Part shown: in pieces, positions 1 to 9,263 of the stretch
Layout of the letters: every line of letters starts with the position of its first letter
Numbering within the stretch: position 1 is the first letter of the stretch
From: Eubacteriales bacterium
Lineage (GTDB): Bacteria; Bacillota; Clostridia; Oscillospirales; CAG-272
Length of the DNA stretch: 28,686 bases
Reading direction: 5' to 3'
Assembly: GCA_045655785.1 (NCBI GenBank)
Contig: JAZOPW010000225.1
Coordinates: forward strand, 1-28,686
Made by a program: the position numbers and the translations under genes
The notes under the pieces: generated by a model
The model's database searches: none
Told to the model about the DNA's origin: nothing
What the model saw: the letters and a program-made list of their open reading frames with translations, nothing else

Positions 1-3000
1 CCTTGAGTACCACATTCTCGGTCAAAAGTAAGCTTGTTTCTGCCGCATAGGGCTCGCCGATGACCGCGTTGCCGCTGACGATCTCCCACTTGAGGAATAC
101 CTTGCCGTCGGCAGGGTCGTTTGCAAAGAGGTAAAGGCGTGTGCCGATGGGCTCCTCTGCGGAGGGATCGTCAGCTTCGTATACGTACGCGCCGCCGTCG
201 GTCACGCTGACGGTCGCCTTACTCGGGTTGGGGGCGCAAACGTAATCGGCTCCAACGTAGCCATCGTCTCCGTAGGCATCAAGCCAATCCGAATCCGCCA
301 CGAAGCCTGCGGGGAGGATCATATTGATCTCTACGTAGGGAGAAAACGTGTACCCCTCTTTGGGGATCAGTTCCATCCATGCGCTGTACGTTTTTCCGTT
401 TTCAAAAATCAGGGTGTCCTCGAAGGTGTACCATGTGTCTCCGTCGTACCACTCAAAGTCGTTCACTGTGTAGGGGGCTTCCTTTGGAAGCGTTGCAACA
501 AAGCTTGCCTGCTGACCGCTGACGGGGAGCGTGAAGCTGACGTTGACCTCGGTGATGGGTGTGAGCGCCACGTAGGTAAAGCGGCAAAGGATCTCGTTTG
601 CGGTCAAGCTTATGATCTCTGCTCTCGTGCTATCAACGTTTTGATATACCCTGTAGGTCGTTGCAGTATCAAAATAGTAACCCGCCTGGGGAAGGATGCG
701 AAGCTCAACCGTGTAGCTCTTGCCCTGCTCGAAGGTGTCGGCAGAGGTCAGCTTGGTCGTGCCGTCGTAGTAACCGATGACTGTGGAAACCGACTTGTTA
801 TAGGTATCCTCCTGATCGCCGTCAACCGGCTTGCCGCCCGTATAGGGGACAAGGAAGTCAAGATAGAAGTAACTATACGGAACGGCGGCATACGAATTAT
901 AATTTGCCGTAAAGGAAACGTTGCTCGTTCCCATGGTAAAGGTGGTCTCGGTTGCCTTGTTGTCAGCAAGGAGCGAGGAGTTGCCCGACCAGCCGCTGAA
1001 GTACTTGCCCTCATCGGGTACATCGGCAACGATCTTGACCTCGGTGTTAGGTGCGACCTTGGAGCCGCTTGCGACCTCCTCGTCGTCCACATAGATCTTA
1101 CCACCCGTTACGGTGACAGTGTAGCTTTTCAGCTTGGGAGCCAGCTCGTAGCCGCACACGGTACAGGTCTGCGGTTCTGTTTCTGTTGCCGCGGGACCGG
1201 GGGTGTGTTTGGTCTCTGAGGTCTTACTGCCCGTTTTGTCGGTACAATCAGGATCGTTACACTCCTTCCAATGGTGCGTTGCGTTGGATTGGTAGTCGTC
1301 GCCGTAGGTGTGGGTGTGATAAATGGCGCGGACGGTAACGGGTTCCTTGGTATACATGTAGAAATACCCGCCGGTTGCCTGATTGACGTTGCTGATGGAA
1401 ATTCCGCCGCTGACGACCTCCCAACGCAAGAAGGATTTGCCTTCGGGAATCTCGCCCACCGTCAGATACACGATGCTGCCGTATTTCTGCTCGGTGATCT
1501 CCTCGTCCTCCGCATTGGTTGCCACGCCGCCCTCCACGGTAATGGGAACGGGGGCATAGAGATCTGCATACCGATGCAGATAGGGAGGATTGGAGGAATA
1601 ATACCCCGACTTTTCGCCGTTGACCGTCACCACGGTACTGTTATTGATATAGTATTTTTCATCAAGCTCAAGGTAGAAGACGATTCCGTACGTCACACCG
1701 TAGGAGAAGGTATCCTCGGCGCCCATTTTGCGGTTGTTGAAGTTATCCCACCAATAATCAAGCGTTGCCGTATACTTGGTAGGATCGGCAGAGGTGATCT
1801 CCTCGGAAGGAAGCTCTCCGTTTGCAGGCTTGGTAACCGTCAGGGTCAGCTCCTCCAGGTAAATTTTATCCGCCCAAATGACGCGGACCTCTACTGCCTC
1901 GCCCGTCATTACAAAGGTGGTGGTCTTTTGGGTCGCATCCGAGAAGGTCACACCGCCGCTGACACACTCCCAACCTGCAAAATATTTGCCGTCGGGGGCA
2001 TCGTCCGCAGTGATCGTTACCGTCTCTCCGCTACCCGCAAACGTAATGTCTGCCTCACCGTCGGTGACGGTGACTGTGTGCGGGGTGTTGCGGTAGACCG
2101 CTTTGATGCTGACGTTGCCTGCAGTCATGACGAAGGTGGTCGTACTTGCGGTTGCATCTGCGAGGAATACGTTCTCGCCGCTGACGATCTGCCATTCCTT
2201 GAACGCCTTGCCTGCCTCGGGTACATTTGCGGTGATGGTCACCACAATGCCGCCGCTGACCTCGGTCACGGGCGTTTCGTCAACCGATGCCGTACCCCCT
2301 TCCACGGTGACGTTGTAGGGCTCGCCTGCCTCCACGGTAAACTGCAGGTAATAACCGCAGGTGGAATATCCGCCGGCGGCAGTTCCGCCGCCCCTATATT
2401 GGGGCTCGGTGCCGTTGATGAGCACCACCAGATCATGCAAATCAATGTAGTGCGTTTCGTTGGTGGTAAAATCAACGGAGATGCGGTAGGTCTTACCGAC
2501 CTCAAAGAGCTCGCCATCCAACATCTCGCGATACTTCTCGGCTTCCTCATCGTAAACCTCCCAGCTGCGAAAATCGACGTCGCAGTAGGTGTCGGCGCTC
2601 TTGGTCACCGTTTTGTCGGGTGCCTTACCCGCAACAGGAGCGGTCACGGTAACAGATGCGCTGTCCTCGTAGTGTCTCGCCTGAACCGATACCTCAAAGA
2701 CAATGTATTCGCCATTTTCGTCAAGCTCGAGGATGATTCCGTCTACATTGGTTCCGTTGAAGCTATTATAAGGCTCATAGGTATCGTAATACTCTGCGTC
2801 GCGGAAACGGTAGCCTGCTGCGGGAGTCAAACGAAGCTTTACGGTGTAAACCTTGCCCGCCTCAAAAACGTGGGTAGGCTCAAGCAGTGTTTCACCCTCA
2901 TACCAGCCCAGCACCTCACCGTAATAGTTTTGGTAGGTCGGCACGCCTGCATCATAGGAGGGGGTGTCGCCAATCGTGGGATGCGGTACCTGGGTGTACG

Positions 3001-6000
3001 GCCCATAGTTGACCTGCGTTAACGTCTGATACTGTGCCTCAAGCACGATCGTTGAATCGAACGCGGAAGGCACGCCAACCGTAAAGGTCAGTGTGGAGAA
3101 GCGGTAGTCGGTGACGCCGACAATTGTACTGTACACATAGGGAGTTGCCCACGTTTTGAATACCTGTCCCTCTGGGAAAAGGCTCTCGTCTGCCACCAGC
3201 GTCAGGACCGTTCCGGGGAGAAACTCGGTCTCGTTGGTCTCCACGCCGTCGAGATAGAGCTTACCGCCCGTAATATCAAAGCTTACGTAAACGGTGTCAA
3301 AGTAATAAGCTCGTGCGTGTACGATTCCCGTACCGCTCACATAACCGAAAGTGGAAAGCTGCTTGTCATTTATCGTGATTCTAACGTCGCCGTAGTCGAT
3401 GAAATAGCCGTCGATGGGAACGATGCTGAATTCGCATTTGTATTCTACGTTGGGCTGATAGGTGTCGGTGGGGAGCATTTCGTGCAGGTTGAGCTCCTCA
3501 TCGTAGTAATACCATCCATCGATTACAATATCGTAAAGATCACTGTTGTCGGCAACGGTGGTAATGGGGGTTTCTCCAACCTTGATGGGGGGCATGGTGC
3601 CCTCTGCGGTGTCTATCGGGATCGCCCAAATGGCTTCGCAGGTCAGAACGGAAACGGAGCTGCCAATGTACCAGTTTGTATCATAATGGCAATAGTGGGT
3701 ACCCGTGCCGTCGGTGATCTTCCACATCAGGAATTTTTTGCCCTCGGGGGCTTCACCCGCTTTGAGGTAAATATAAGTGCCGGAAAAGACCTCGCCAATT
3801 TCATTGATATGCTCACTTTCAGTGTAGGCTTTTCCGCCCGTGACGGTAACGAGTACAGGCAAATGAAACGACCATCTGTGCTTTTCATAGCCCGTAACGT
3901 CACCGCCGTATGCGTAGGTCTGGTCACCGTTTACGGTAACGACCGTGTCGGAGGAAACTGCGTAGCCCTCGGCGGGAATGATCTCAAACTGCATCACGTA
4001 GGGCATACCGTGCTCAAAGCGATCGGTAGGTAGCAGATCGGGATAGGGGTTTTTATTAAGGTAAAACTCACAAAGCACCGCCGTGTATCTTGTAGGATCG
4101 GCAGAGGTGATCTCAATGGTTGCAAGATCTCCGACCGCAGGCTTTGTAACGGTGAGCGTCACCTCGGTCAGCACGGTGGCGTAGACTGCCTCCAGCTCGA
4201 TCTCCTCATCGTAAATTCGGAAGGAGGGGTTTCTGCTTGTGGTATCAATGGAGATGTCGCCCTTTTTGACGAGCCATTTGACAAAGATCTTGCCCGGCGC
4301 GGGATCTGCCGCGGTAACGTAGATGTAATCGCCGGATCCAGCCTCGGTGATCTCCACGGTGCGGTCGCTGTCTGCGTATGCTTTGCCGCCCGTGACGGTG
4401 ACGGCACCCGTCGTCGTCAGATAACCCCAGTGGGCGCTTTCGTAGTAGCTGCCGTAGAGCGTCTCTCCGTTGAGGGTTTTCACGGTTTCGTTTGTGATGA
4501 TCGAGCCGTCTGCCGTGACCACGTCAAAGCTGATCTTATATTCGGTCAGCGGCAGATATTTGTCGGAGGGGGTAAGCGGTGTGCCCACGGAGTAGATCTC
4601 AATGACCACGTTCTCCGCCCAATACTTTTCGGGCTCGGCGGAGTTGACCGTGAGATTGACATTCTCACCGCGCACGAAATCGGCAAGGGTAAAGTGCATC
4701 TCCTCAAGCGGCGTTGCAAAGACCGCCACGATCTCCACGGCCTTCTCGCTCATGGTGAAGTAGGTTTCCTCATTGGTGGGGTTGCTGATCGTGACATTGC
4801 CCGAGACGACCTTCCAATATTTGAAAACCTTTCCCTCGGGCGCTTCGTCTGCGCGGAGGTAGACCCATTGATTTCGTCCGACGGTGATCTCCGCGGTGCG
4901 GTCGCTGTCCTCGTATGCCTTGCCGCCTGTGACGGTGATCGGTACGGGAAATTCAAAATAATAGCGCTTGGTGTAGGTTCCGTTGTCGCTCATTTCCACG
5001 CCGTTGACGTAGAACTTGGCGTCATCGGCAAGCTCGTAGCCGTTTTGGAGTTCAAAGCGCAGCTCCAGCTCATAGCCCTTGCCGGATAGATAGACGTCCT
5101 CGTCGGTCAGATCGGGGTAGAGCCCCTCATAGAGGTAGATGCGAACCGTGTCAACGCCGTATTTGGTCGGCTCCGCAGGTGTCAGAACAAAGCTCGGATG
5201 CGCACCAACCGTGGGAACGGTCATGGTGAAATCCAAGCGATCCAGCTCAACGATCTCGGCATAGATCGCTTCAAGCACCACGTTACCCGCAATCATGGTA
5301 AAGGAGGTGGAGTCGGAGGTTGGATCCTCAAGCGTGATCTCACCGCTGACGACCTTCCAGCGAATGAAGGCATAGCCCGAAGTGGGGCTATCCGCAGAGA
5401 TGTAAATCTCCTCGTCGACGTTCGCGTCCGTGATCTCATTGTCGTTGTGGTTGACGTAGCCCTTGCCGTCCTTGATCGAAACGGTGTAATCGGTGTAGGA
5501 ATAAAGCGCCGTGATCACGATATTGCCCGTACCGTCCGCCGTGAAGGTGGTGGTGCTGTCGACGCCCGCAACCGAGCCGCCGTTGACATTCCATCCGTTG
5601 AAGGTTGCGCCTGCGCGCTCCTCCGCGGTGATCGTGAATACGTCGCCGATCTGTGCCGAGGTCACGGGGGTTCCGTCCTTGGTTGCCGAGGCGTACTCGG
5701 TGGCAACCGTAAAGGTTGCCTTTTCGTAGACGGCAACGATCGTCACGTCGGAGGAAAGGCCGCTAAAGGTCGTGGTTGCGGCAGTGGCATCGGCAATCGT
5801 ACAGCTGCCCATACTGATCTGCCACTCTTTAAAAACGTAGCCCGTGGCGGGATCGTTTGCCGTGATGGTCACGGTGTCCTCGATCGTTGCTACGGAGATA
5901 TCGGTCTCCTCGATCGATGCCGTGCCGTCGGTCACGGTCACGCTATATTCGATCGGTGCATAGGTTGCCGTAACGGTGACGTTGCTGTATTCCACGAGGA

Positions 6001-7342
6001 AGGAGGTGGTCAGAGCGGAAGCATCCGTCAATGCCACACCGCCTGCCGGGACCGTCCAGCCAGCAAACTGATAGCCTGCCTCGGCCTCATCTGCCGTGAT
6101 GGTCACGATCGTTCCTGCAGGTGCCGTGCTCACGTTTGCCGTGCCATGGTTGACGGTGATCCCGTAGAGCGGCTCGTAGGTGGACTCCAGCTCAACCGCG
6201 CCGCCGGTCATCGTGAAGGTGGTGGTGCTCTCCGTTGCGTCGGCAAAGGTCACCTCGCCCACGGTGGCGCCCCACTGCATAAAGGTCATCCCCGCCTCGG
6301 GAGCGTCGGCTTCGACCGTCACAATCTCTCCCTTGCTCGCAGAGGTAACCTCCACGCCGTCCACCTTTGCCACACCGCCCGTGACGGTGACGGGGAACTT
6401 ATAGGCATAGGTCTTGCTGGTCATATCGTCGGGGAGTGTGCCGATCTTATAGTTGCCGTCGGTCAGACCGTCGCTGTATTTGATCTCGCATTCTTCGTCA
6501 AAATTGGGGTAGGTCCAATCCAGCGTCATATTACCAACCGCACCGAGCTGCATATCCGACGCGCGGAAGATGTTTTCACCGAGCTCGTAGCCGGATTTAC
6601 CGCAAACCGCGATCGAAACATCACCCGTGGTGTTGATCACGATCGTGCTGTCAAGAGAATAAACGGCAGCCGCCGAGCTGGAATATACGTTGTTTGCCTC
6701 GATTGTCAGGCTTGCATTGCCCAAAACCGAGATCATACCATAGGCACCGATCCCGTAGGCTCCGCCGGTGGTGTAGGTTTTGGTCGATTCAATTGAAACC
6801 GCAGCCTTTCCCATAATGCTTACGCTGTCACCCGATTTCGGGGCAGACGCATAGGAGCCATCAAAGTTGTTGGAGATGCCGACGTAGTGGGCAGACTCAT
6901 CGGAATGGTCGGTGGCAGGGAGACTTTCGATCTCCAGCGTTGCCGCACTGTCGGCGGTGATCGTCAACTCTCCGCCATAGAGGCTGATGCCACAGTATTT
7001 GTGTTGGATGGTATTTGCGTTCATCAGCTTGACCGTCAGATCCCCTACGGCACTCGTGGAGATGGCACCGCCATAGTAATCCCTCAGGGTCAGTGTGCCC
7101 GTGTCAACGTCAAACTGAGCCACCCAAGAGAAGGATCCAAGCTGTGTTCCATCGTCTACAATATATCCCCCGCCCGTATCCAGCAGATAGGGGGTGGTCG
7201 CATTCAGAATCTTGTCTTTGTCCACCGTGACGGAAGTAACGGGCGATGTGTCTGCCGCTGCGGGGAACATCAACATGCCAATCATCGTGAGTGCTACCAA
7301 TAATAGCATACAAAGTTTGCTCAATTGCTTTGTTGTCTTCAT
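1..7342 (-). CDS. Giant secreted/cell-surface repeat protein, partial (3' end beyond window), >=2447 aa, with ~14 divergent InlB B-repeat-like (Flg_new_2-type) modules and ~9 copies of a second Ig-like module
   Basis: ATG at 7342 with RBS GAAAGGAG and signal peptide MKTTKQLSKLCMLLLVALTMIGMLMFPAAA-DTS. Manual translation stays open to base 2 (...ENVVLK). Recurring module TVTVTGG...VTITAD.PEEGKVF..W.VVSG......TTFTM....V...AVY alternates with module L.EVTLTVTKP..GE.P......Y......F..GK.Y.V...L.P..GY. Absent from the ORF track, probably because it has no stop in the window. Confidence 0.93.
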   Translation of the reverse strand, partial: MKTTKQLSKLCMLLLVALTMIGMLMFPAAADTSPVTSVTVDKDKILNATTPYLLDTGGGYIVDDGTQLGSFSWVAQFDVDTGTLTLRDYYGGAISTSAVGDLTVKLMNANTIQHKYCGISLYGGELTITADSAATLEIESLPATDHSDESAHYVGISNNFDGSYASAPKSGDSVSIMGKAAVSIESTKTYTTGGAYGIGAYGMISVLGNASLTIEANNVYSSSAAAVYSLDSTIVINTTGDVSIAVCGKSGYELGENIFRASDMQLGAVGNMTLDWTYPNFDEECEIKYSDGLTDGNYKIGTLPDDMTSKTYAYKFPVTVTGGVAKVDGVEVTSASKGEIVTVEADAPEAGMTFMQWGATVGEVTFADATESTTTFTMTGGAVELESTYEPLYGITVNHGTANVSTAPAGTIVTITADEAEAGYQFAGWTVPAGGVALTDASALTTSFLVEYSNVTVTATYAPIEYSVTVTDGTASIEETDISVATIEDTVTITANDPATGYVFKEWQISMGSCTIADATAATTTFSGLSSDVTIVAVYEKATFTVATEYASATKDGTPVTSAQIGDVFTITAEERAGATFNGWNVNGGSVAGVDSTTTFTADGTGNIVITALYSYTDYTVSIKDGKGYVNHNDNEITDANVDEEIYISADSPTSGYAFIRWKVVSGEITLEDPTSDSTSFTMIAGNVVLEAIYAEIVELDRLDFTMTVPTVGAHPSFVLTPAEPTKYGVDTVRIYLYEGLYPDLTDEDVYLSGKGYELELRFELQNGYELADDAKFYVNGVEMSDNGTYTKRYYFEFPVPITVTGGKAYEDSDRTAEITVGRNQWVYLRADEAPEGKVFKYWKVVSGNVTISNPTNEETYFTMSEKAVEIVAVFATPLEEMHFTLADFVRGENVNLTVNSAEPEKYWAENVVIEIYSVGTPLTPSDKYLPLTEYKISFDVVTADGSIITNETVKTLNGETLYGSYYESAHWGYLTTTGAVTVTGGKAYADSDRTVEITEAGSGDYIYVTAADPAPGKIFVKWLVKKGDISIDTTSRNPSFRIYDEEIELEAVYATVLTEVTLTVTKPAVGDLATIEITSADPTRYTAVLCEFYLNKNPYPDLLPTDRFEHGMPYVMQFEIIPAEGYAVSSDTVVTVNGDQTYAYGGDVTGYEKHRWSFHLPVLVTVTGGKAYTESEHINEIGEVFSGTYIYLKAGEAPEGKKFLMWKITDGTGTHYCHYDTNWYIGSSVSVLTCEAIWAIPIDTAEGTMPPIKVGETPITTVADNSDLYDIVIDGWYYYDEELNLHEMLPTDTYQPNVEYKCEFSIVPIDGYFIDYGDVRITINDKQLSTFGYVSGTGIVHARAYYFDTVYVSFDITGGKLYLDGVETNETEFLPGTVLTLVADESLFPEGQVFKTWATPYVYSTIVGVTDYRFSTLTFTVGVPSAFDSTIVLEAQYQTLTQVNYGPYTQVPHPTIGDTPSYDAGVPTYQNYYGEVLGWYEGETLLEPTHVFEAGKVYTVKLRLTPAAGYRFRDAEYYDTYEPYNSFNGTNVDGIILELDENGEYIVFEVSVQARHYEDSASVTVTAPVAGKAPDKTVTKSADTYCDVDFRSWEVYDEEAEKYREMLDGELFEVGKTYRISVDFTTNETHYIDLHDLVVLINGTEPQYRGGGTAAGGYSTCGYYLQFTVEAGEPYNVTVEGGTASVDETPVTEVSGGIVVTITANVPEAGKAFKEWQIVSGENVFLADATASTTTFVMTAGNVSIKAVYRNTPHTVTVTDGEADITFAGSGETVTITADDAPDGKYFAGWECVSGGVTFSDATQKTTTFVMTGEAVEVRVIWADKIYLEELTLTVTKPANGELPSEEITSADPTKYTATLDYWWDNFNNRKMGAEDTFSYGVTYGIVFYLELDEKYYINNSTVVTVNGEKSGYYSSNPPYLHRYADLYAPVPITVEGGVATNAEDEEITEQKYGSIVYLTVGEIPEGKSFLRWEVVSGGISISNVNQATGGYFYMYTKEPVTVRAIYHTHTYGDDYQSNATHHWKECNDPDCTDKTGSKTSETKHTPGPAATETEPQTCTVCGYELAPKLKSYTVTVTGGKIYVDDEEVASGSKVAPNTEVKIVADVPDEGKYFSGWSGNSSLLADNKATETTFTMGTSNVSFTANYNSYAAVPYSYFYLDFLVPYTGGKPVDGDQEDTYNKSVSTVIGYYDGTTKLTSADTFEQGKSYTVELRILPQAGYYFDTATTYRVYQNVDSTRAEIISLTANEILCRFTYVALTPITEVNVSFTLPVSGQQASFVATLPKEAPYTVNDFEWYDGDTWYTFEDTLIFENGKTYSAWMELIPKEGYTFSPYVEINMILPAGFVADSDWLDAYGDDGYVGADYVCAPNPSKATVSVTDGGAYVYEADDPSAEEPIGTRLYLFANDPADGKVFLKWEIVSGNAVIGEPYAAETSLLLTENVVLK

Positions 7343-7368
7343 AATTTTACTCCTTTCAAATAAGACGG

Positions 7369-7806
7369 TCAGGCAATTCCTGTTTCTTCATTCAGCCTGA
7401 TCTGCTCAAGAACGTCGATAAATTTCGGTCTTTCACGCATCGGTGAGAAAATCTCATCACGGGAGCTGACCCGAACCTGCCCGGGCAGCTCGTGCGCCAC
7501 GCCGTTGGCGTCGAACAGCTCTACAAAGAAGTACCATACCACTGAGTTGAGATTCCTTTTCCTTTCGGGGCAGAAAAAGCTGATCCTTCTTTCCTGTCGC
7601 TTGATTTCGAACAGGCAATACTCTCTGTCCGAATGCTCGGGAACGGTGAACCTCGGAAAGCCTTCTTCAAAATACATCGAAAACCGATCGTGCGGTTCGT
7701 TGATGAATAGATAGTTGGTATCGGGCTTTTCCTCGTCCAAGAGATATTCGAGTCCATGTATTCTGGGGAACTCAAACTTGCCAAATAGAATTCGCTTGTC
7801 GGTCAT
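7369..7806 (-). CDS. Hypothetical protein (145 aa), probably co-transcribed with the giant surface protein
   Basis: RBS GGAGGTGG upstream of the ATG; the stop lies just upstream of the RBS of the giant gene; same strand. Confidence 0.75.
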   Translation of the reverse strand: MTDKRILFGKFEFPRIHGLEYLLDEEKPDTNYLFINEPHDRFSMYFEEGFPRFTVPEHSDREYCLFEIKRQERRISFFCPERKRNLNSVVWYFFVELFDANGVAHELPGQVRVSSRDEIFSPMRERPKFIDVLEQIRLNEETGIA

Positions 7807-7860
7807 ACTTCACCACCTCCTCTTGAGTTGATTCGACAGTCCTCATTCTATCTTGGGTAC

Positions 7861-7939
7861 ATTATACTATAATATATATCATCTCGGTACACCCTAAAGG
7901 GGTGAAAATTAAAAAATCAGGGGTGAAAAAGGGGTGAAA
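7861..7939 (-). promoter_or_regulatory. Probable activator-dependent promoter: -10 TATAAT, poor -35, and three GGGGTGAAA repeats plus a CACCC-N5-GGGTG palindrome just upstream
   Basis: TATAAT at 7861-7866 (minus). At 17-bp spacing the -35 reads TACCGA. GGGGTGAAA occurs at 7899-7907, 7920-7928 and 7931-7939. CACCCTAAAGGGGTG occurs at 7890-7904. Confidence 0.6.
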
Positions 7940-7953
7940 GCCTTTTGGAACGC

Positions 7954-7986
7954 AAAAAAAAGACGGTAGACCTCAATCCACCGTCT
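7954..7986 (-). terminator. Rho-independent terminator of the LuxR gene
   Basis: Minus strand AGACGGTGGA-TTGAGG-TCTACCGTCT followed by a T-run, just after the stop at 7994. Confidence 0.8.
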
Positions 7987-7993
7987 AAAATTG

Positions 7994-8947
7994 TTATTTC
8001 AAGAGGAATGCATAAAGCTCCTCGCGCGAGCTGACGCCAAGCTTGTTGTAAAGCGTTCGCGTATAGGTTTTGATGGTGTTTTCCGACAGATGCAATTCGT
8101 CTGCAATCTCTTTTCGCCTCTTATTTTGCAGAATCAACTCAAGGATCTCTCGCTCTCTCGCGGCAAGCATCTCCCCGTCCCTTACAAAAAGCAGAACCTT
8201 TCCAATCTTCGTTTCCATCGGCATCGTGGCAATATCCACACCGAGCTGCTCTTTTTGGGCAAGCGTATATTTCGGAATATCGTTTACGTGAACGTAGTCC
8301 TGCATCATCCAATAGAGGAAGAGGAACATCAGCTCGGAGATGATGTAGGTCACGGAGAGAAATTCAAATTCCCAATTGATGAATTTCTCGATCAGCCAAA
8401 CGAGGATGTTTCCGCAAACAACGGCGGCGATCAGTCCTGCGAACTTATAGGAACTGTGCTTTTTTCTTCTGATCGAATGGATAATGGTAACGATCATTGC
8501 AGCAAAATAGCCGAGCAGATAAACAAGATAGGCATTGTGCAGGGGTCCGTATACCTTTACGAGCTTTGCAGATCCGTTAATAAACGTAAGGGACACTTCC
8601 TTGTAATACCAAGGCAGGATGCCCACGGTTGCAATGATGGCGAACATGACCGATCCAAGCGTTATGCAAATGACGACGTGTGCCTTCTTGATCTCAAATC
8701 CGCAGAGCTTGACAATGGTGAGAAGCATACACATGGAGAGAAATACGCTACCGAGATACGCCACGTTGTTTGCGAAGATGGCAAACTCTACGGTCCTTGC
8801 CATAGAAAGCAGAAGGTATCCGAGATTGACTACCGCCACGCAAACGTAAAGCAGCGAGAGCCAAAATTCTCGTATCTTAACGATGGCAAAGTAGGCAACA
8901 GCTAAGCCCACGGCAAACGCCAAGGTAATTGCATATCCGATTGTCAT
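7994..8947 (-). CDS. Membrane-bound one-component regulator: N-terminal ~7-TM sensor (HisKA_7TM-like) fused to a C-terminal LuxR/GerE HTH
   Basis: Several hydrophobic helices in residues ~1-215. C-terminal LAAREREILELILQNKRRKEIADELHLSENTIKTYTRTLYNKLGVSSREEL is a LuxR HTH. No receiver or kinase domain. RBS GGAGG. Confidence 0.88.
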   Translation of the reverse strand: MTIGYAITLAFAVGLAVAYFAIVKIREFWLSLLYVCVAVVNLGYLLLSMARTVEFAIFANNVAYLGSVFLSMCMLLTIVKLCGFEIKKAHVVICITLGSVMFAIIATVGILPWYYKEVSLTFINGSAKLVKVYGPLHNAYLVYLLGYFAAMIVTIIHSIRRKKHSSYKFAGLIAAVVCGNILVWLIEKFINWEFEFLSVTYIISELMFLFLYWMMQDYVHVNDIPKYTLAQKEQLGVDIATMPMETKIGKVLLFVRDGEMLAAREREILELILQNKRRKEIADELHLSENTIKTYTRTLYNKLGVSSREELYAFLLK

Positions 8948-8985
8948 AGGCCCACCTCCCGAGGATTTGTTGTCTTAACTTCGTT

Positions 8986-9014
8986 ATTATATCACAGAAT
9001 TTGGTTTTTTTCAA
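8986..9014 (-). promoter_or_regulatory. sigmaA promoter of the LuxR gene
   Basis: TTGAAA (9009-9014), 17 bp, TG-n-TATAAT (8986-8991) on the minus strand. Confidence 0.65.
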
Positions 9015-9110
9015 GAGGAAAGGGGAATTTTTATCATTGGAATGCTTTTATAAAGGAATAACGGCTATATTCTTTTGGGGCTTGATGAATCAAAAAATTG
9101 TTCTTCAAGA

Positions 9111-9146
9111 TAAAAAGTCCTGAAATCTTGCGATTTCAGGACCTTT
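9111..9146 (-). terminator. Intrinsic terminator, probably the original tRNA-Ser terminator displaced by the insertion
   Basis: Perfect 11-bp stem GTCCTGAAATC-N4-GATTTCAGGAC (9117-9142) followed on the minus strand by TTTTT. It lies directly downstream of the duplicated tRNA 3' end. Confidence 0.75.
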
Positions 9147-9149
9147 CTT

Positions 9150-9163
9150 TGGCGGAGAAGGAG
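9150..9163 (-). repeat. Attachment-site direct repeat (copy of the tRNA-Ser 3' end, CTCCTTCTCCGCCA)
   Basis: TGGCGGAGAAGGAG at 9150-9163 is identical to 26511-26524, the last 14 nt of the tRNA including CCA. Confidence 0.9.
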
Positions 9164-9263
9164 CAAATTGTGTTATGTACACAACCATATACATTACGTT
9201 TGAATCAACATATTAGCATCCCCTATATTTTAACAATTTTCATTTCTCCAAAGCATCTTTTCC

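Noticed and set aside
641-7303. Long plus-strand ORFs (192, 583, 238, 219, 532, 138 aa) and short out-of-frame ORFs
   Set aside because: They are antisense or frame shadows of the giant minus-strand gene, caused by its codon bias. They have no RBS or motifs.
7991-8905. 304-aa plus-strand ORF
   Set aside because: Antisense to the LuxR-sensor gene, which has a clear domain, RBS, promoter and terminator.
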